This document shows positions 36,816-41,465 of a stretch of 41,465 bases of DNA, piece by piece (position 1 is the stretch's first letter; each line of letters starts with the position of its first letter). A program made the position numbers and the translations under genes. The stretch comes from an uncultured Thermococci archaeon. Its GTDB lineage: Archaea; CAYQAE01; CAYVLA01. Location of the stretch: contig CAZJVP010000066.1 in assembly GCA_964549615.1 (NCBI GenBank), positions 1 through 41,465 on the forward strand, in the 5' to 3' direction. Below the pieces are notes generated by a model, which was given only the letters and a program-made list of their open reading frames with translations, was not told the origin of the DNA and ran no database searches.

Positions 36816-37982
36816 GTGGACGTGGGCTACGACTGCGTACTAGTTCGGTACGGTGAGCTCTCGCTCAAGGGACCCATGGTCCGCAAAAAGTTCGAGTTGC
36901 GCCTCGCCCAGAACATAGGCGACTGCCTCAGGCGCGCGAACCTGGATCACGAGATCTCGATCAGCCGTGGCAGGCTCATCATCGGGACATCCCACGCCGT
37001 GGTCGCCTCAGAGCTTGTGTCGAGGGTTTTCGGCGTGGTTTCGGCATCCCCGGCCATCACCGTGCCAACGGAGCTTGATGCTGTCAAAAACGCGGCGCTT
37101 CGCCTTGCTAGAGAGAGGGTCACGGCACACACGCCTTTTCGCGTCGAAACCAACCGTGCCGACAAGTCCTTTCCTCTCACTAGCCAGCAGCTCAACGCGG
37201 AGGTGGGCGAACGGATCAGGCGTGAGACTGGTGGCATGGTCGACCTCGAGAATCCCGCGGTGACGATCGGCATCGACATAAGGCACCGCACCTTCATCTA
37301 CGACCGCGTCCTCAGGGGACCGGGCGGTCTGCCCCTGGGCACCTCAGGGCGGGCAATCTCCCTGTTTTCGGGCGGCATCGACTCGCCGGTTGCGACGTAC
37401 CTCATCATGAAAAGGGGGTGCGAGGTCGTCCTTCTCCACTTCGACAATGCCCCGTTCTCTCCCGCCGCATCCCGCGAGAGAACGGTCAGGGCCGCCAGGA
37501 TCGTGGCCGGATACGGGTGTGGGTCGAGGATGAAGCTATTGATCGCCCCCCTTGGCCACTGCCTGTCATCCTTCATCGAGCGGAGTCCGAGAGGCTTGAC
37601 CTGTATCCTTTGCAAGAGGATGATGACGAGGATCGCCGGGAGGCTGGCCGAGGTCCACGGATGCCAGGCCATCGTGAGCGGGTCTTCCCTGGCCCAAGTG
37701 TGCTCACAGACCATGGAGAACCTCACGCTGACTCTTTCAGCATCTCCCATTCCCGTTCTCATGCCGCTCGTCGGGCTCGACAAGGAGGAAATCACGGGGA
37801 TCGCCAAGAGGATCGGGACCTACGATGAGAGCACCAGCATTCCCGTCGCCTGCACCGCCACGCCTCGGCACCCCCGCACCGCGCCCACGCGAGAGGAGGT
37901 CGAGGAAGCCGAGTCCAAGCTTGAGATCGAGACGATGGTGAGGCGGTCGATCCAAGGGATCGAGTCGGTCGACCTAGCCTGA
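36816..37982 (+). CDS. thiI: tRNA 4-thiouridine synthase ThiI (THUMP + PP-loop, CXXC type, no rhodanese domain)
   Basis: Motifs VRYGELSLKG, RADKSFP, GGLPLG, SGGIDSPVA, CILCKRMM, QVCSQT, DKEEI, distal C in VACTATP. Confidence 0.95.
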   Translation: MDVGYDCVLVRYGELSLKGPMVRKKFELRLAQNIGDCLRRANLDHEISISRGRLIIGTSHAVVASELVSRVFGVVSASPAITVPTELDAVKNAALRLARERVTAHTPFRVETNRADKSFPLTSQQLNAEVGERIRRETGGMVDLENPAVTIGIDIRHRTFIYDRVLRGPGGLPLGTSGRAISLFSGGIDSPVATYLIMKRGCEVVLLHFDNAPFSPAASRERTVRAARIVAGYGCGSRMKLLIAPLGHCLSSFIERSPRGLTCILCKRMMTRIAGRLAEVHGCQAIVSGSSLAQVCSQTMENLTLTLSASPIPVLMPLVGLDKEEITGIAKRIGTYDESTSIPVACTATPRHPRTAPTREEVEEAESKLEIETMVRRSIQGIESVDLA

Positions 37983-39371
37983 GACGGGAAGGCCTCTCTT
38001 CCTCAGCACCCCCCTGGCGGCCAGGATGCCCGTCGCAGCAGACCCCACGATGCCCCTGGCAAGCCCCGCGCCATCTCCGGCAACGAACAGGCCCTCCAGG
38101 TTGGTCTCCATGTTCTGGTCGGTGAGGAAGCGCATGCTATACATCTTCAGCTCTGGACAATAGAGCAGCGTGCTCTCGCTTGCGACGCCGGGGATGACGT
38201 CGTTGAGCTTGCCCAGGCCCTCGACGATGTTCGTCACCAGGCGCTGAGGCATCGCCATCGATATGTCGCCTGGAGTCACATCCAGGAGCGTGGGCTTCAC
38301 GTAGCTCTTTCTCACCCTGCTCCAGGTGCTCCTGCGTCCCTTCCATAGGTCCCCGAGCCTCTGGATGATCGGCTTGCCGCCCCCGATCGTCGTTGAGAGC
38401 CTAGCTATGCTTTCGGCATAGGCAGTCGTATCCTCCACTGGCTCGGTCAGCGCGACGGATGTGAGGAATGCGAAGTTCGTGTTCTCAGACCTCTTGCCGA
38501 TCATCGAGTACCCGTTGACGCCGACGAAGTCGCCATAATCCTCCTTCGCAACGAAGCCGTACGGGCAAGTGCAAAACGTGCGGACCCAGTCGTCATAGGT
38601 CTTGGTGTATATGTGGAACTTCGGATCCCAGTTGATTCGCGTCACCGGGTCCATCACCATGGATCTGACCTCGACGCGAACCCCGACGTCCACGGGCGCG
38701 TGCCGGGTCTTCACGCCGAGCCTTTCGGCCTCGCGGGCAAACCAGATCGCGCCCGACCTCCCGGGACAGGAGATTATCTGGTCGCAACGGATTTCCCTCA
38801 AGCCATTCTTGCCCTTGACGATGACCCCGGTGACCTTGCCGCCCTCGCTTTGGATGCTCTTCACCTCGGTGCGGACCATGAACTTGATGCCCTTTGAGAC
38901 CAGATGATCCCTGATGGATGCGATCACCTTGGGCAGCTTATCCGATCCTACGTGGCGTTGATGGATCGGGATGAAGTTAATGCCCACGGAAGCGGCCCTT
39001 CGCCTGAGTTCCTCCGCTTCCTCCCCGGTGCCGTATCCGTTCTCAGGCACGCCGTGTGCGAGGAACGTCCTGTCCACCTTGTCGACGAGCTTCCAAGCAG
39101 CTTCCTCGTCATGGGTGAACTCGACGAGGTTCCCGCCGATGTCGGGCCGCAGGTTCAGCTTGCCGTCGGACAGCCCTCCAGCGCCGCCGACGCCGCTCAT
39201 CACGTTGCAGGGTTTGCACTTCATGCAGGCCGTCGTGGTGGTCAGGGGGCAGCTGCGCTTCTCGACCTCCTTCCCCTTCTCCACTATGAGCACCTCGAGG
39301 CCCGAGTTCACCAATTCGCCGGCTGCAAAGAGACCGGCGGGCCCCGCACCTATGATGAGGACGTCCGGCAT
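37974..39371 (-). CDS. Uncharacterised FAD-dependent oxidoreductase (COG2509-like)
   Basis: Motifs IIGAGPAG, CMKCKPC, GGAGGLSDGKL, VGVRVE, RTFC, NTNFA, AGDGAG. Confidence 0.9.
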   Translation of the reverse strand: MPDVLIIGAGPAGLFAAGELVNSGLEVLIVEKGKEVEKRSCPLTTTTACMKCKPCNVMSGVGGAGGLSDGKLNLRPDIGGNLVEFTHDEEAAWKLVDKVDRTFLAHGVPENGYGTGEEAEELRRRAASVGINFIPIHQRHVGSDKLPKVIASIRDHLVSKGIKFMVRTEVKSIQSEGGKVTGVIVKGKNGLREIRCDQIISCPGRSGAIWFAREAERLGVKTRHAPVDVGVRVEVRSMVMDPVTRINWDPKFHIYTKTYDDWVRTFCTCPYGFVAKEDYGDFVGVNGYSMIGKRSENTNFAFLTSVALTEPVEDTTAYAESIARLSTTIGGGKPIIQRLGDLWKGRRSTWSRVRKSYVKPTLLDVTPGDISMAMPQRLVTNIVEGLGKLNDVIPGVASESTLLYCPELKMYSMRFLTDQNMETNLEGLFVAGDGAGLARGIVGSAATGILAARGVLRKRGLPVSG

Positions 39372-39506
39372 ATCCTGACCTCTGGAGACGGAGAGCGCTA
39401 TCCGCGCTCATTGTTAAATTGTTCACCGGACGCCACAGACGGATGGCGCAGGATACCCCGGGAACATTTTTCTCTGCTCCAGAATCCCTCCGCGTGGAAC
39501 CGTGCA

Positions 39507-39707
39507 ATGGGAATGCGGGGAAGCGTGTGTTCTGTCTGCGGCAGGCCAACCACCCGCCCTAGGACGTGCACGCTCTGTGGCGGCCTTTGCTGTGCATCTT
39601 GCATCGATGCAACGTCATCCGTATGCAAGAGATGTGGGCGAGGGAGGATCCCAAAACGGCCGATCATCCGACCCGAGACCGGCGACATCATCGGCCCGCG
39701 GGCCTAG
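39507..39707 (+). CDS. Small four-CxxC zinc-finger protein (66 aa)
   Basis: Only the 3' part of the listed 38904-39707 ORF: MGMRGSVCSVCGR...CTLCGGLCCASC...CKRCGRG. Its stop shares CTAG with the convergent gene. Confidence 0.75.
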   Translation: MGMRGSVCSVCGRPTTRPRTCTLCGGLCCASCIDATSSVCKRCGRGRIPKRPIIRPETGDIIGPRA

Positions 39708-40867
39708 GTCCCTCCCGCTTGGCTGCGCGACATGAGCTCCTCATAGATCAGCATGAGTTCCTTGTCGAAGAGATGCCGCTTACGCTTGATGGCTTCCGAT
39801 CTCACGCGGGCGAGGATCTTCTCCGCCATGGCATCATCCAGCTCTATTCCGTACTCCTTGAACTTGCTCCTGATCGAATGGGTGCCCGAGTGCTTCCCGA
39901 TGATTATCTGCCTCGTCAGGCCGACCTCCTCCGGGGGAAAAGCCTCGTAGGTTATGGGGTTCTTGAGGAGGCCGTCCGCATGGATCCCGGATTCGGCGGC
40001 GAAGACCGACCTTCCCACTACTGCCTTCCACAGGGGCAGGTCTCTCGCCGAGGCCTTGGCGACCATCTCCGACAGCTTGCGGAACTTCATCGTATCGAGG
40101 GTCATGTTCTGCTTCAGTATGTGCTTGAGGGCCATGGCAACCTCCTCCAGCGCGGCGTTGCCGGCCCTCTCCCCTAGCCCGTTAACGGTCACGTTCACGA
40201 AAGTCGCGCCAGCCTTCACGCCGGCTAAGGAGTTGGCCGTGGCGAGCCCGAAGTCGTTGTGCATGTGTGTCTCAATGGGTAGCTTCACCTTTCTCAGGAG
40301 CATCCGAATGTTGTCGTAGACCTGGAATGGCTCCAGGGTTCCGACCGTGTCGCAGTATCGGAGCCTGTCCGCCCCGGCTTCCTTGGCCTCCTTGGCGAAC
40401 CTAGTAAGGAAATCGGGTTGGGTCCTGGAAGCGTCCTCTGCATTGACCGAGACATACAGACCGTGGTCCTTTGCGTACCTCGTCGCCTCGGTCATTTTCT
40501 CAATCACCCATTCCCTGTCCTTCTGGAGCTTGTACTTGATGTGGATGTCCGATGTGGAGATGGATATCGCGACGGCGTCGACCCCGCAGTCGATAGAGTT
40601 ATCGAGGTCGGCGATCACCGCTCTGTTCCACGCAAGGATGGATGCGTCGAGGCCGAGGTGTGCGATCTCCTTAATCGCGGCTTTCTCATCGCCTCCCATC
40701 GCGGGAATGCCCGCCTCTATCTGATGCACGCCGACCTCATCGAGCATCCGGGCTATCTCGATCTTCTCCGCGTTGGAGAATACGACTCCCGCCGTCTGCT
40801 CGCCGTCCCTCAGGGTCGTGTCGACGATCTTCACCATATCTGCCGGGGTATTACGGAAACGCTTCAT
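39704..40867 (-). CDS. nifV: Homocitrate synthase (NifV/AksA type; DRE-TIM family; Re-citrate synthase activity not excluded)
   Basis: Motifs DTTLRDGEQTAGVVF, EAGIPAMG, AEDASR, CDTVG, HMHNDFG, NGLGERAGNA, ESGIH, GKHSG. No LeuA regulatory domain. Confidence 0.85.
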   Translation of the reverse strand: MKRFRNTPADMVKIVDTTLRDGEQTAGVVFSNAEKIEIARMLDEVGVHQIEAGIPAMGGDEKAAIKEIAHLGLDASILAWNRAVIADLDNSIDCGVDAVAISISTSDIHIKYKLQKDREWVIEKMTEATRYAKDHGLYVSVNAEDASRTQPDFLTRFAKEAKEAGADRLRYCDTVGTLEPFQVYDNIRMLLRKVKLPIETHMHNDFGLATANSLAGVKAGATFVNVTVNGLGERAGNAALEEVAMALKHILKQNMTLDTMKFRKLSEMVAKASARDLPLWKAVVGRSVFAAESGIHADGLLKNPITYEAFPPEEVGLTRQIIIGKHSGTHSIRSKFKEYGIELDDAMAEKILARVRSEAIKRKRHLFDKELMLIYEELMSRSQAGGT

Positions 40868-40902
40868 GCTTGACTAACCGTTTCCTGGTTTGGTTGCGGG
40901 GT

Positions 40903-40914
40903 AGATATATCTTT
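40903..40914 (-). promoter_or_regulatory. TATA-like palindromic box (AAAGATATATCT) upstream of homocitrate synthase
   Basis: AGATATATCT is a perfect 10-bp palindrome 36-45 nt upstream of ATG 40867. Confidence 0.5.
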
Positions 40915-41119
40915 GATCCCGCCGGTCGGAAGCGCGCAGCGGGCACCGGCGCTATTTTTTGCCATGACCTAGGCCTGTAGCCGCGGCAGCCACCTCCATG
41001 GTTCTGGTATGCCCTGATCATACCCAATTGCCGGCCATACTAAATCTTACCTTACCGCTCTTACGCGCATGTCGGAACATTTATCAGGATGTCATACCGA
41101 ATACTACCGGCGGCCCGAT

Positions 41120-41465
41120 ATGGCAGAAGGAAGTTTCAAGAAGGTGTGCGTCACGCTCCGGCGTGACCAAGTAGAGGACCTCAAGGCAAGATCCCGAAAC
41201 GTGTCGAAGATCGTGAGGGATGCCGTGGATTACTATCTGACGCTTGACATCGGCAGCAGCGACATCGCAGTCTACGAGATTAGGCGTGATGTGAAGAAGA
41301 TCCTGTCGATATTGTCGCAAAGCAAGGGCGAGCCTAAGATTCCCCGTGAAGAGCCCCCGTCCAAGCGCCTGGAGCAGGAGCTTGGGGCTCTCAGCCGGCT
41401 GATCGCGGACGAGAACGACGAGAAGATCATACGCCTGATGCTGGAGAGGAAGCACGAGAGCACGC
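41120..41465 (+). CDS. Protein with N-terminal ribbon-helix-helix (CopG/MetJ-like) DNA-binding domain, truncated by the window end
   Basis: Not in the ORF track (no stop). Manual translation MAEGSFKKVCVTLRRDQVEDLKARSRNVSKIVRDAVDYYL... fits the RHH strand-helix-helix pattern. TTTATC box at 41080-41085. Confidence 0.72.
   Translation, partial: MAEGSFKKVCVTLRRDQVEDLKARSRNVSKIVRDAVDYYLTLDIGSSDIAVYEIRRDVKKILSILSQSKGEPKIPREEPPSKRLEQELGALSRLIADENDEKIIRLMLERKHEST

Noticed and set aside
38904-39506. N-terminal 201 codons of the listed 267-aa ORF
   Set aside because: Antisense to the FAD oxidoreductase and its promoter; only the Cys-rich 3' part looks coding.
39704-40867. Inferring nitrogen fixation or methanogenesis from NifV/AksA and pscS
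   Set aside because: No nif, mcr or mtr genes are in the window, and both genes also occur in non-diazotrophic, non-methanogenic organisms.
41084-41463. Two minus-strand ORFs (123 and 63 aa) at the window end
   Set aside because: Shadows of the plus-strand RHH protein frame.

Overview
GC-rich (about 60-65% by eye), densely coding chromosomal window. I call 34 complete and 2 truncated protein genes. I see no rRNA, tRNA, CRISPR array or transposase/integrase. The DNA is very probably archaeal: TATA-like boxes sit about 23-40 nt upstream of many start codons, and the window carries pscS (SepCysS), a CXXC-type ThiI, an MTH865-like protein and an archaeal secreted Lon-like protease. The gene content suggests an anaerobic heterotroph using glycans and peptides: GH99-like enzyme, two Gfo/Idh/MocA dehydrogenases, DUF4432, sugar epimerase, Ser-type sulfatase, deacetylase, M42 peptidase, GGT, DUF362 Fe-S protein. 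The best candidate for an undescribed system is a cell-surface toolkit with three parts. (1) Two dispersed 408-aa paralogues with a GATase-like head, a helical stalk and a strikingly conserved TM/tail (LWxLMVRRKLY). (2) Two glycan-related secreted proteins ending in an I[PS]E + hydrophobic + basic sorting-like signal. (3) A 1298-aa Lon-like protease on a stalk of 7-8 Ig-like repeats. Other points of note: a solitary ATP-cone/Mrr nuclease, an 8-Cys desulforedoxin-like peptide, a structured intergenic region with a repeated motif at 31365-31690, and three convergent gene pairs sharing one CTAG as both stop codons. All family calls come from motif recognition by eye; no database search was run.
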